Positions 1 to 12,441 are shown, counted from the first letter of the whole stretch. The stretch is DNA of 61,953 nucleotides, filler included, from Globobulimina sp. (GCA_003354225.1; 30 parts of 30 records of this genome joined end to end with filler, not necessarily neighbours in it), one strand, 5' to 3'. Numbers and translations: made by a program. The notes: generated by a model not told the origin, from the sequence alone.

Positions 1-105
1 TCGTATCTATTTGAAGTATTTTATTACTGCCCACCACCTCAAACACAAACGGAAACAGAAACAATTGCAACAAATACAAACAAGAAAGTCAAGCAACACA
101 ATAAT

Positions 106-1970
106 ATGGACAATGAGTTATTATTATTTGATTTATCGCATTTCCTCTCGCATAATCTAATAAATCCATCTTCCACCCAATCCACATATTATCTGTGTTT
201 AATAATAATTGTGTTGTTATCATTGCTATCACTCTGTGCTTGCTATCATTGCTGTATCCAATGTGTCCGCTGTTACACATACAATTATCTATGCTGTTAT
301 TGGCTATGTTGTTCCACCATCATCAAACACCTCTGTTGCTGCGAATTTTGCCATCACTACAACTGGTTCTATCATACAAACCAAAAACATCCAAAACAGC
401 TCAAACATACAAAAACATTACAGCAAAAAACACATTTTGCAAACATTTTATCCGCAGATTTATACGACCCACAAAACATAAAAAGCAAAAACAAAAACAT
501 AAAATATAACCATGTCTCCGAGCACCAAATCGAAGACAAACTACGCATCGCAGTACACTCATTGTCGCCAAATCTATCCCCATTACAAAAATCGAGCATA
601 GCCTCCAATAATACAACGCCAATCCCACAGGAAAACCTCCCTATAAATAGCACCAATGCGCCTATCATCCCTTACAATTGCAACCAAGCTACGAATCCAA
701 ACTTAATCTTCCAATCCCCGGCCAGCATTGAACTGTCTCCCATCAGCACGGCCTCGCAAATCGGCTGCGAAATCAACACAAATTATATATTGAAGTCGCC
801 GCCGCAGAGCGTCAGCGATATCACCAATGCGCTGCATACCATCTCTATGGAGAACGAGTCGGAGAAAGATAAGGACCGCAAATCCTCGCCGGAGCTGATA
901 TTGCCTTCGGATGGCAGCGACATTGAACATATGGACACCGATGCCTATGACGAGGAAATCGAGCATATGCTGCCCGGCATCAATATCAATGTAAATAGAA
1001 GCAAATCGAAATCAAAATCATACAAAACGCATCTGCACAAGAAAAAAAACAAGAAAAAACGCAGAAAACGCAGAAGTATTAACGATTCCGGCTCAGATGG
1101 CACCGGTTTCGAAGTGGATTATCGCCCGAAATCGACGCGCGTCCGTTTGGGTGTTGGTGCACAGTCGAAATCCATCAATATGGCTAAGAACGAGCTGTAT
1201 CAATTCGATTCCATGGAGGCAGAGACTACGGTGACTGTGGCGGATATGAGTCATATGACGACGACGGATATGACCAATGTTGTGATGGTGAATTATGACA
1301 GTTCGCCGGATATGAAAGATGAGAATATTTACAGCTCCATGGACCAGGATGACATGGAACGGTCGAATGGCTCAATGCCAATCAACGAGTTTCTCAAAAA
1401 CAACAAAAGCATCGACTCTACGAACTACCACATTATGCCGGATTTCATGGCCAATAAAAGCAACAAAGCGCGCAATTTAAATGGCAAAGATAGAGGCAAA
1501 TCGCACGGTGATTATAAAATAGCCATTCCAGTCAGCAATAATATGAATAATCGGGACAACAATATGAGTGACAGCAGCGGCGGTAATTCGCCGTTGAAAT
1601 TGGTGAAAGCTGCGACTTGGAATGGCCGCACATCGGAAATTATCGAATTGTTTGACATTGAAAACGTGGGGGAGAGCCTAAAGAGTATAGAGCAGAATGA
1701 GGATGGTGCTGAGTCGGAGTGTGAACAGATTGGTTTGTACGAGAATGCGAACAGCGGCCATATATTTAGTGCGTCATTGGAACAGTATCCGTTGGCTGCG
1801 GAGTTGAATACAATTCATGAGACATCGCATACATTGCAGGACGAAGAGGAGATGGACGACGCGAAAGAAGTGGAGCTGAATAGCAAAACAGCAAAGTTAT
1901 TGTCATTAGGTGCGGTGTCCAGTGCGTTATACATTGATATGAATGATTTGAATATATCCAAACTGATAAA
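106..1970 (+). CDS. Hypothetical membrane-anchored protein: N-terminal TM helix, Cys cluster, long low-complexity tail (3'-partial)
   Basis: ORF of more than 620 codons running to the contig end; hydrophobic YYLCLIIIVLLSLLSL followed by Cys-rich CACYHCCIQC...CCYWLCC...CCCEFC; basic patch KKKNKKKRRKRR; no family recognised. Confidence 0.7.
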
Positions 1971-2070
1971 NNNNNNNNNNNNNNNNNNNNNNNNNNNNNN
2001 NNNNNNNNNNNNNNTTAATTAATTAANNNNNNNNNNNNNNNNNNNNNNNNNNNNNNNNNNNNNNNNNNNN
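1971..2070. other. Artificial contig-joining spacer N44-TTAATTAATTAA-N44 (first of 29)
   Basis: Same 100-bp spacer starts at 1971, 4041, 6111, 8181, 10251, 12321, 14391, 16461, 18530, 20599, 22668, 24737, 26806, 28875, 30944, 33013, 35081, 37149, 39217, 41285, 43352, 45419, 47486, 49553, 51620, 53687, 55754, 57821 and 59888; the core gives stops in all six frames. Confidence 0.99.
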
Positions 2071-2235
2071 ATTTATATCCATAATACCTCCGATTATGAT
2101 GTATTAATGCTTTATAATCTGAAAAATAAATTATTGGCCGATCCATCCAACAAAGTTATTTATTTACCATAGGTTCGATCTTTTGGTTATGGCCAAAATT
2201 CGCTTACCAGCAAAAAAAGAGCCGTTGTGTTACCA
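2071..2235 (+). repeat. 165-bp direct repeat, copy 1 (copy 2 at 3876-4040)
   Basis: Contig start matches contig end at offset 1805 with two mismatches (2171 A vs 3976 C; 2196 A vs 4001 G). Confidence 0.97.
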
Positions 2236-2688
2236 ACATCGGATAAATACAACGATTCATTGGATTTGGCATCGGCAGTTTTTGCATGCCTCAACACAGT
2301 GAACTCACTGAAGCAACATCTGAATCAATGGGTGCATAGAGCATATTTTTTGAGCAATTTGCATTTTATTTGTAATGCAAAAATATTGAATCGAATGATC
2401 GATAAAATAGAAAAAGATTTTTGTAGATTAGACCGAAATTCGACGACATTGAAAATGAGAATGCAGCGAAATTTAGCGGATTTATCCAAAATACGGCATG
2501 TTCACCATACGAATTCTTTGGGAATGGCCAATGTGACCACTTTAGATACGGATCGCGATGTTGTGGGCATTGAATCAGTGAAATGTGTTTGTGATCGCCT
2601 GTTCTTTGACTTTCTTCATAAAGTTACACGCGAAGTCATCGGCACTGTCTGGAAATGCGCGGTTATTCGCATCCGAACTCGCCCATAA
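2071..2688 (+). pseudogene. 3' part of the gene that starts at 3354; this copy has an in-frame TAG at 2170-2172
   Basis: Reads IYIHNTSDYDVLML...YLP*VRSFGYG...RAVVLP then TSDKYND...RTRP*; the same codon is TCG at 3975-3977 in the other copy. Confidence 0.65.
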
Positions 2689-3021
2689 TGGATCTTCTTG
2701 ATCATTGACCACCAAATTGTTCGTACTTAATTGTCTTAATCTTTTAAATGCCGTTCTTGAGTCTGTATCTTTTGTTAACGAGAAACCATAACGTTTCCCT
2801 TTCGACGAATCTGTCGCGTTGACCACTTCTTCATGTTTCACGAATTTAAAACCAATATTAATGTTATCATATTTATCCATTAATTTCTTTGATATTGTTG
2901 CATATGGTTCAATCGCTGCTACTTCGCTCACTGGTTTGGTAATATCAATAATTCTTTGTGCTGCTATTAATTTCATGTTGACTCCTTTGAGCGCTTTGGA
3001 TACATTGAAATGAAACGACAT
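2575..3021 (-). CDS. Hypothetical protein (148 aa), convergent with and overlapping the + strand gene by 114 bp
   Basis: Open frame with protein-like composition; no motif recognised. Confidence 0.45.
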   Translation of the reverse strand: MSFHFNVSKALKGVNMKLIAAQRIIDITKPVSEVAAIEPYATISKKLMDKYDNINIGFKFVKHEEVVNATDSSKGKRYGFSLTKDTDSRTAFKRLRQLSTNNLVVNDQEDPLWASSDANNRAFPDSADDFACNFMKKVKEQAITNTFH

Positions 3022-3353
3022 CTTTGTTAATGTTATAATATACTTTTAGTGTTTTCGTAACGACGTCCTTATCAAACAAAAAATACTTTAAAAACTTAAA
3101 AAACTTAAAGAAAACTGTTAGGTAAAATACAGAAAACAATATAATTAATATACACCAATCAAAACCCTTGTTCCACGAATACAACATAGTGTTAGTTTCA
3201 GATTGCAGCTGTTTGCCATCTGAATATTAACATTTTGTTCGTAACCGATATCCATCAAATATTTTACAGCTGCACATATGGAATTTAATTGCGCGAAATC
3301 GCATATCCTGCACACACTCTTAAATCACAATTTTCTGCTTTATTAATTCTAAA

Positions 3354-4040
3354 ATGACATTGGTATTCTCCAATATTTTAATTGCCATTGTCACCCTTTT
3401 TGCGATTGTGAATGGTATCCAATACAATGCATCGACCACATCACCATTAAATACGATTAAACTTATCGGAGGTGATGCTTTTAGAAAGTTTGGATTTATT
3501 GGATTGAAAGAACTGATAATAAAATACCAAAAAGACAACATCATAGAATCGGATGTCGTAACACAAGAATTACAGAAAATTATACGAAAATATCACATGA
3601 ATTACATGATGAGATCAATAAATATGGTCAATTCATTGCATTACAATGTTAGTCTGAATGAAGGAGATTTGGTGAAAGTAAAAGTATTAAAAAAACAAAA
3701 TGATACAGATTTGCAGCGGAGAATTGATTGTATGAATAGTTATCCATTCGGAGTTATTATGAAACATTTATCAGATAAAAATAAGAGAAATCAAACTGAA
3801 ATTTATGTTCAATCGTTGTTTGATGGAAATGTTACACTCCGACTAAGACCAAAATATTTAGAAAGAATTCCTAAGATTTATATCCATAATACCTCCGATT
3901 ATGATGTATTAATGCTTTATAATCTGAAAAATAAATTATTGGCCGATCCATCCAACAAAGTTATTTATTTACCATCGGTTCGATCTTTTGGTTATGGCCA
4001 GAATTCGCTTACCAGCAAAAAAAGAGCCGTTGTGTTACCA
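3354..4040 (+). CDS. Hypothetical secreted protein, 5' part (about 379 aa if continued through the repeat into 2236-2688)
   Basis: Signal-peptide-like MTLVFSNILIAIVTLFAIVNG; frame runs into the terminal repeat. Confidence 0.7.
3876..4040 (+). repeat. 165-bp direct repeat, copy 2
   Basis: Matches 2071-2235 with two mismatches. Confidence 0.97.
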
Positions 4041-4380
4041 NNNNNNNNNNNNNNNNNNNNNNNNNNNNNNNNNNNNNNNNNNNNTTAATTAATTAANNNN
4101 NNNNNNNNNNNNNNNNNNNNNNNNNNNNNNNNNNNNNNNNTTGCTGTTGTCGGCAAGAAAGAATTATCGATATGGAGAATTTGGAGCATTCACAGAGCAG
4201 CGATCGAGATGAAGTTGTAATTGCAATTCAAAATCAATGATAATATTTTTAATCGTCTGGTTCTTATCTCCGATAAACTGATTGTTTTGTTTGTTCTTCT
4301 TTTTGTATATTTTACACATATTTATTGCAAAAGCATACTTCAGCACTGTTTTCAAAAACATTAATTTGTCCTAGCTAGTC

Positions 4381-5874
4381 ATGTCAGTATTAGTGGTAAT
4401 CTGCAGCATATTTTGCGTAACAAAGGCAGCATTAACATGTAATGGCGTAGAACATGTAATTTCGACTGTTACCACGACAACACCAACAGATGTATGTTAT
4501 ACTACCCAAACATCTGTCAATGCTGTCAGTTATTGGTATCAATGCGTTAATAATGAAGTTTATGTACAACAATATTTGCATCCTGATTGTCTCGGTGATG
4601 CAGTAACATTAAAATTTACGGATATGTATGGTAGCATAGCAACATCATTTCAAGAAGCATGTAATTTGGGTGCCTGTCAATATGCAAATGTACGACAATT
4701 TTCAGCTGTATGGAGTGACTGTGTAAACGCAGCAACAGTACCAAATACTTTAGAAACATACGTTGAAACACCGTTCATTCAAAATAAATGTTATAATAAC
4801 ATGGGTTTAAATAGTGAAATATGGACATGTTCGAGCAATAATTTACAAGCAACCTATTCATATTACAGCAGTAGTACTAATTGTAGTGGCTCAGCAACGC
4901 AATCAATAACAATCAATACAAATGAGATTGTCTGCGATAATACAAACAATGGCATTGGCGGCAGCAGCGGTATTCCAATATATGTGACCTGTGGCAGTGC
5001 TTCATTTGCTGGCAATGATAATACATTGGCACCGGTTCCATCCACAACCCCACCAATAATCAATCAATGTACAAATACAGAATTGGATTGCAAAGCAGTT
5101 GAATGGAGCATGAGTGGGATCGTTACAGCCTATCCATTAGATGTGTGTTTTTCCGTTGAGTCGACAGCAAATGGTATAACTACGGGTGTAAGTTATTGGT
5201 ATAAATGTCAAAATGGTGTGCCGTATATTTCGACCTATCAAGCAGCTGATTGCCAAGGTTAATATATATATATTTTGTTTGCATATTTATCTGAAAATGT
5301 AAGGGTATGAACAGGTAACAAGATTGATACAGCATTAGTATCACTATATCCGTTATCAGAATATGTGACAGTTTGTTGCGATTTGGCGCCGTGCGAGTAT
5401 GTATTGCAGAAATCATATGTTTCAGTTGATTTAGATTGTGCGGATTCGGATCCTTCTCCGGCAGAGTTGGAGGCATATACTTCGATACCAATTGTTTCAA
5501 ATTATTGTAATGCAGTTCAGGATTTAGCCAGTTGGAAATGGCGTTGTTTGGGTAATGGTAGCGAAGCCAGACAGGAGTATTTCGTGGGTAATGGTAATTG
5601 TACGGGTGATGCAACAGTTACATTGTATGATATTGCATTGGATGTAAGTTGCGATGACACAAATAATGAGACGGGAGCATCAGTTGCGATAGGATTGCAA
5701 TGTGGGACTGCTTCATTTAATGGTGGTTCAAATACGGTTAAAACATCGAGTACAACGAGTACCTCTACAACGCCATGTCCGTCCGTTGGGTGTATTGATC
5801 AAAGCAAAGCAAATAATAAATATTATGTTTTTGTGTTCTTTTATTCGCAAGTAATGTTCTTTTTTTTGTATTGA
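4381..5874 (+). CDS. Secreted or GPI-anchored Cys-rich protein with two internal repeats; exons 4381-5257 and 5315-5874
   Basis: Signal peptide; duplicated motifs P.DVC...VSYWY.C.N and CG.ASF.G; 57-nt GT-AG intron 5258-5314 joins the two ORFs in frame; Ser/Thr stalk and hydrophobic C-terminus. Confidence 0.8.
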
Positions 5875-6210
5875 TTGTAATTATTAAGTAATATTAGTGT
5901 CTAGTATCGTTTCGTTTTAGGTTGAGAATTTCAATTTGTTGGGAGAAAGGATGACTAGTTCATAATTTGAAACACCTCTCAGAAACGCAAAGGTGTTTCA
6001 AATTCTAAACCAAAAACGTTCCAAATTTATGCATAAAAAATTATCAGTATACTTTGCCCGTGATTGTATTTACTAATTACTATTTAGAAGGTTTACATTT
6101 CAGATTATCCNNNNNNNNNNNNNNNNNNNNNNNNNNNNNNNNNNNNNNNNNNNNTTAATTAATTAANNNNNNNNNNNNNNNNNNNNNNNNNNNNNNNNNN
6201 NNNNNNNNNN

Positions 6211-7081
6211 CGCCTTTTGCAGCCTCCAAAGCTAAACTCAAATCTTTCCTCATTAAATCAACCACAAATCCTCCATCATAATCCTTTTTGGATGGTATCA
6301 ATTTTGGATTGTTTTGTTCATCGAATAACGTGACACCTGGACATGGATTGTATTGGTCGCTACTCCAACATCTCCCACTTGACACATTGACAATCTCTGC
6401 CAATTTCTGTGGATCCATTCCCAACTTCACGCCCAAATTCATACCCTCCGACACTGCACACATTGATATTGCTAATATTAAATTATTACAGATTTTCGCG
6501 ATTTGCCCAGAACCATCCTCTGCGCCACAATGAAAAACATTTTTTCCCATGCTTGATAGCACAGGTTTGGCTGCTTTGAATGCAGACTCTTTGCCGCCGC
6601 ACATGAAAGTTAATATGCCTGCTTCTGCTGCACCAATACCACCGCTTACTGGCGCATCAATCATGGACACATTGGATGGTATTTGCGCTGAAAGGTTGCG
6701 TGAGGTTAAATAATTAACAGTGGATGAATCGATTAAGACTGCGCCGTCGCGCAATTTGTTTGAGAGTATTTGGGCATATACTTCATTTACTTGGTCGTCT
6801 GAGCGTAACATTGTGATAATAAAATCACAATTTGGGCCCAATTCTGCGGGTGATTTTGTTGCAATGGCTCCATTCTTCACTGCTTCATTTAATGAGGGTT
6901 CATATGTGTCATAAACATATACGGATGATCCAGATTCTTTTGTTTTTGTAATTAAATTATTTGCCATACGTGATCCCATTTGACCTAAACCGATGAATCC
7001 ATAGCTTGCCGCAAACCGTTGTGATGTGTAATGTGTTAACGTTGACGATTTAGGGACACGTAGACGTCGTAGTAAGTTCAT
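6211..7081 (-). CDS. HIBADH: 3-hydroxyisobutyrate dehydrogenase, mitochondrial (3'-partial)
   Basis: GFIGLGQMGSRMA Rossmann motif, DAPVSGG, GQIAKICNN, SSGRCWSS, GGF..DLM.KDL; Arg-rich presequence MNLLRRLRVPK. Confidence 0.95.
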
Positions 7082-7148
7082 TGTTGGACACAAAGTTTTT
7101 TTGAAATTTAATATTAATCCGAAAATCTGATATCAAATTTCCGTAATA

Positions 7149-7388
7149 TTGGTAAATGTTGATGGTCAAATTGGTGATTTTGATGATGAATTTGATAATG
7201 GTCCAGTATGGGACTATGAATATAGATATGACCAATGGACAGCTGCTGAGGTTAGAAATGGAGTAAAAGAATCTTATGCGACCAGGACTGGTCCTGAAGG
7301 AAGAAAAGCAAGACATTTTTTCAAATTTGAATATGAAAATGATGGTAACTGTTATTTTTTAACTGTGATGGATCTATATATTAATTGA
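7149..7388 (+). CDS. Short hypothetical ORF or gene 3' fragment
   Basis: 79 codons of coding-like composition with no early ATG; starts about 70 bp from the HIBADH start. Confidence 0.35.
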   Translation: MVNVDGQIGDFDDEFDNGPVWDYEYRYDQWTAAEVRNGVKESYATRTGPEGRKARHFFKFEYENDGNCYFLTVMDLYIN

Positions 7389-7539
7389 CAGATCCTCCTT
7401 TCGACAATATTCAATTATATAGTTTTGAATGTCGGAATATCTGAATCTCTCAATCTTTTTTTTGCGTGTGATTTGTGTTTGTGCTTTGTGCTTTGTGTTT
7501 ATTTGTAATTTGTGTGGTTTTTTTCTTTTTTAAATTATT

Positions 7540-8180
7540 ATTACAACCAAACAGTTATTTGCATTTCAAAAAAATACATCCATCGAATATAAATAATAAT
7601 TCATTCAGACGTTATTCAAATAACGTTCGTACAAAAGAAAATTCGAAATCTTGTGTGGACATTACCAAATAGCATATCATTGAATCATATACAAATTCTT
7701 CATAGCTGGAATGAAAATAATTCGATATTTATTCGGATCCCAACATTCGGAAAACATTGTTATTTGGTCATTTATTTAAACCATCGGAAACATATTGGAT
7801 TATTAATGATCATTTTGGTAATTTATTATATGTTCATCATATTATCATTGATCGAGATGATGACATGTTGCAAATTATAAATGGTTCAATTGAAACAACA
7901 TCAGAATATACAACAAAATGCATTAATCGATGTTAACAGATATTACCTGAACATTTATTAAAATGATATCTTGACATATTCAAAATATAATTAATAAAAT
8001 AAAATGGATGATGGATAAAAAGGATTATAAATTCATTGAATTTGATATATTATTTCCTCGACCAGCAACCACCGCAAATTTGATTTTGATGCATTTTACT
8101 TTAAATTATCATTAAATAGAAAGGATAACATCAAAATCAAAATGGGTGGATAATTATTGAACATTTTTCCACCGGTGGAA
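7540..8180 (+). pseudogene. Degenerate coding sequence
   Basis: Coding-like stretches (LFKPSETYWIINDHFGNLLYVHH..., DYKFIEFDILFPRP...) broken by several stops and frameshifts. Confidence 0.4.
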
Positions 8181-8280
8181 NNNNNNNNNNNNNNNNNNNN
8201 NNNNNNNNNNNNNNNNNNNNNNNNTTAATTAATTAANNNNNNNNNNNNNNNNNNNNNNNNNNNNNNNNNNNNNNNNNNNN

Positions 8281-8458
8281 TTGATAACAATGTGCCGTCA
8301 GAGGATAACACCATTACACACAATATGCCTTCCCCCACTATTTTTGACAATGACTTGGTAAATGCCCCCCAATCTATTACATTGTCCACCACTGCTAACG
8401 CTCCATTGTCATACTTATGCTCTTGTAAAGGCTCTAAGTGAGCTAAAACTGCTGACAT
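8281..8458 (-). CDS. Roadblock/LAMTOR2-like protein (3'-partial)
   Basis: AFTKSLSKIVGEGILCVMVLSSDGTLLS resembles the LAMTOR2 N-terminus (AL...LS....GV...LLL..EG.LL). Confidence 0.55.
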
Positions 8459-8564
8459 GCTCTGAAAATATATTTAAGAGATGTTTATGTGATGCAAAAA
8501 CTCTGTGCTTAAATCTGACATTAAAAAATATATACAAAACATAGTCAAAACAATACAAACAAAA

Positions 8565-9387
8565 TCAACATTCATCAACATCGAATTGACTGATCTGTAA
8601 CCATTTCTTTCCAGCGTTTTTTAGAGGAGATGGGATATTGGGGACTATTGTTTTGATAAATTTCGCATGGTTTGACCTTTGTGCGTCTGTCCACAATTCT
8701 CTATGATATCCCCATTCGTTTACATCTCCATAATACGCTTGTAAACTAATGATATGTTGTGGGTGGGTGGAAACACAATATTCAATTCTGCCAGAGATGT
8801 CTTTTACTGTGATAGTGTGACTCTCCTCCCCTGCCGTTGCTGGAAACTCATTTAATTCTGGAATACCTTTGTATGCAAATATATCCAATCCTGGAATACT
8901 AAAGTCATAATCCTTGGCAATAAAATCTGCGTGATTTATTTTGTAAAGTTTATAAAAACCTCTGTTCCAACCAAATACACAACCCAATACACAACCCAAT
9001 ATCCATGTAGTTTTAAACATGACAAATTCCTTATCTCCAAGTTTAACTAAAGACGCATGCCAACTTTGTGAAAATGAATACCATGAATGTTTGTATTCAC
9101 GTACCGTACCAGCTGGTGTTCCATTTTGAAACAAAGTCTCAATTTTGCACCAATCTTTGAGATGTACAGTTACATCATAATCATCATCATGAGGGAACCT
9201 ACTTTCATTAATTGTAAAATGGGCAAGTGCATTGCCACCTGACAATGAATACAACAATTCATTCTGTTTAGCGTATTTGTGAAACATTATAAATTCTTCT
9301 TCTCGATCTCTCATGTATTGTTTGAATTCATCTGAACCAATCACTAATCTTGAGTGTCTTGCTTTCATTTCAGTACGTGTTATAACC
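8565..9387 (-). CDS. LicD/fukutin-family nucleotidyltransferase-fold protein (last exon)
   Basis: YSLSGGNALA...RFPHDDDYDVTV matches the LicD GG(T/S)LLG...PWDDDxD motif; downstream LDIF strand; CAG acceptor at 9388-9390. Confidence 0.65.
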
Positions 9388-9886
9388 TGGCAGATTAATC
9401 GTAAATATTAATAGCTAATTAAATCAATAATCGCAATAATAATAGCTAATTGACGACTCATAAGTAAAAAAATTTAGTCAAATTTCCGATTTAGGTGCAG
9501 GTACTAGATAACATGCGTTTGGAAAACATCCAATGTTAAGTTAAGTAAAGTTCAATAGTCTTGTTTTCACAGTTGTGAATAAAATAATAAAATAAATAGG
9601 TGAAAGAACCAATCAAAAATAGCAAAAAGAAACAAATTATGTGGATTTCTATCCTTTTATTGATTACTTTATATGTGTGACTGAGAATGTTTCTAACTTA
9701 AAGTTTTTCTTAGTTTTATCTATCTACGCATCTTAAAATTACTCGTTTCTAATCCTCACTAACTATAAATAAATATATAATTACGGTTTGTTATAAACAA
9801 ATATACAAGCCTCTACAGTCACGACCTATTCACGATATAGAGCTGTACCCGTAAAAGAAAAGAAGAAAAAGGTAAATATATGTTCG

Positions 9887-9906
9887 ATATATATATATAT
9901 ATATAT
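9887..9906. repeat. (AT)10 microsatellite
   Basis: Read directly from the sequence. Confidence 0.95.
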
Positions 9907-10350
9907 GCATAATATAAGAAAGTTAAAGTGAGGTACACGTACATAAGTTTGTATATACGTTTTTGAGATAAGTTAAGGATTAGTCTAAGGTATAGAGACT
10001 AACAGCGAGTAGAGACTAGAGCTAGTTCGAGAAATTCTGCCCAAACTAGTATTAGCAATATAAAAATTAAATTAGTGGGCACAATGTTTAACATACATGT
10101 TTAAATAAATAATAAAATAAAAACACCGTAAACATCATATGAGTGGGATAGATATTCTTTAAACGCATTAATATCATTCGCAAAATATACATATCAGCCA
10201 CCTGCCACAATTGATCCGTTATTAGAAATGATTAAAAAAATAATAATCCGNNNNNNNNNNNNNNNNNNNNNNNNNNNNNNNNNNNNNNNNNNNNTTAATT
10301 AATTAANNNNNNNNNNNNNNNNNNNNNNNNNNNNNNNNNNNNNNNNNNNN

Positions 10351-11169
10351 AAATAGTGACATAAACAGTGGATCATCATTGCAATTCACAGGTTGCTGTT
10401 TAATTATGTAATTACATTTTGTCATTTTGTTAACATTTGTTTTATTTTACAATAATACATTACAGGACAAGCAGCAAATGCATATATGCTATATATTGAT
10501 AACGTATATATTGGACAAGTATGGAATGGAGCGCACGAATTCAAAACAATGGCATTTACATTGAGGATTAATGTTGGAATAAGCAAAGGGATACATGTTT
10601 TAACCGTTGTTAGCTCATCGTTAGGCATTGATAATTATAATGGTGTCGCTGCCGGAATGCATCCAGGTCAATGCGATAAAAAAGGGCTAACGGGAAGTGT
10701 TGTGATTGCAGATAGCAATAATAAGATGATATTAAATATAACAGATAATGGTTGGGATCAATATATTGGTCTAACCGGAGAGAGATTGAATATTTATGGT
10801 GATGGGATGGATAAAGTGCAATGGATTAAACCTGCAAATACCGTTAACGGTATGATATGGTATAAAACAACGTTTGCAACACCAAATAATAATGTATTGG
10901 ATAATGGTGTTATTTTAGTTGATATTGGTGCTAACGGAATGGGGCTAAATAGGGGACATTTTTATATGAATGGATATGATATGGGACATTATAACAATGT
11001 GATGCAAGGCAGACTAATGGTGCAGCAGTTTTATTTTATTCCAAATGATTATTTACGAGCAAATGGTGGTACAAATACGGTAGTTTTTTTTGAGGAATAT
11101 CCACCAACAAATTTGTCAAACATTGCTATCGTTTCATCGAAAGTTGTTGTGCCTCAACATGTACAGTAA
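10351..11169 (+). CDS. Glycoside hydrolase family 35 beta-galactosidase, C-terminal domains (5'-partial; intron 10392-10465)
   Basis: LGIDNY, KGLTGSV, W...IGLTGE, WYKTTF, RGHFYMNGYDMGHY, Q.FYFIP..YL, N.VVFFEE. Confidence 0.88.
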
Positions 11170-11510
11170 TAACTTCTATGTGAATATAAATTAAGTATTA
11201 ATATAAATGACGCTCACCTTACACCAAATACCCATTCTAGCCTGGTTTGAAAATTGATACATGCTTCTATTAGCATTCAGTAGCAACCAAAATGCAAATT
11301 GTTTTGATGACGAATCAAATGGAAGGTCACAGTAAATTATTTTGGTGAAAAGACGTAACTCGAAAAATATTTCACCCAAACAGAAATTTCTAGAAACTTT
11401 GCTTTGGGGAAATATTTTTCGAATTAATAATTAATAATTAATAATACTCAGTAATATAGAATTTACAAATAATAATAATAAATATGTACCGTACAAAAAA
11501 ATGCAATAAT

Positions 11511-12320
11511 TTACTCACCATCTGTTTCTTCATCATCATCATTGGTTAAAATGAAATGATTTGTTGTGATACAGCCAATTTCATCATCATCATCTTCTTC
11601 ATTTTGGGGTAATTGCTGAACAGACATTTTATTTTTTTTAACAACAATATATCCAGACACAATAATTATAACCATTGATATTCCAAATACAGAAATAAAT
11701 CCAATTAATGCCCACATTGCAAATGGACTTAATGATGACAATGAACTCGAGCTCCATGGTGAATTATTGTCTGTTTCCTCTCCATTAACGGCACTATAAT
11801 CTCTTGAATATTTTGTATAATCTAAACATGGCAATCCATCAATAAACCTTTCATTACATAAAAATTTGTCTTTTCCTCTTTTAAATGCAACATTCGATGA
11901 AAATACATCATCCAAAAATTCATTTTTTAAACATAACGTAAATTCAGCTTCATCGTCATCAAATTTTCCAGATATTTTAATTCCATTTCCTCCTTTTTTC
12001 GATTTAGTAACTTTTGCCTTAATTTTATCAATATTATCACTGGAAACACTGACAATGAATTTCTCGAAATCCTTATAATTACATTCCGATGAATCTGATG
12101 AATCAGAAATCGATGATCCACCTTTACATTTTATTTGATCTCCATCGCATAGTCCTAATACTAAATGTTTTATTGATTCCTGGCAAAGTCCATAATCAAA
12201 TAAGCGTTCAACTTTATAAGTTAAACATAAATTATTATCTTCCTGTTTCAAGTCAATTATTTCTACACTGAATGCATCACAGTGATCATTACATTGCATT
12301 GTCGGTTCAATGGTTGGTTC
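11511..12320 (-). CDS. Single-pass membrane protein with Cys-containing ectodomain (5'-partial)
   Basis: EPTIEPT stalk at the contig end; TM helix WALIGFISVFGISMVIIIVSGYIVV then KKNK and an acidic tail. Confidence 0.7.
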   Translation of the reverse strand, partial: EPTIEPTMQCNDHCDAFSVEIIDLKQEDNNLCLTYKVERLFDYGLCQESIKHLVLGLCDGDQIKCKGGSSISDSSDSSECNYKDFEKFIVSVSSDNIDKIKAKVTKSKKGGNGIKISGKFDDDEAEFTLCLKNEFLDDVFSSNVAFKRGKDKFLCNERFIDGLPCLDYTKYSRDYSAVNGEETDNNSPWSSSSLSSLSPFAMWALIGFISVFGISMVIIIVSGYIVVKKNKMSVQQLPQNEEDDDDEIGCITTNHFILTNDDDEETDGE

Positions 12321-12441
12321 NNNNNNNNNNNNNNNNNNNNNNNNNNNNNNNNNNNNNNNNNNNNTTAATTAATTAANNNNNNNNNNNNNNNNNNNNNNNN
12401 NNNNNNNNNNNNNNNNNNNNATAAAAATATTGTTGACCTGA

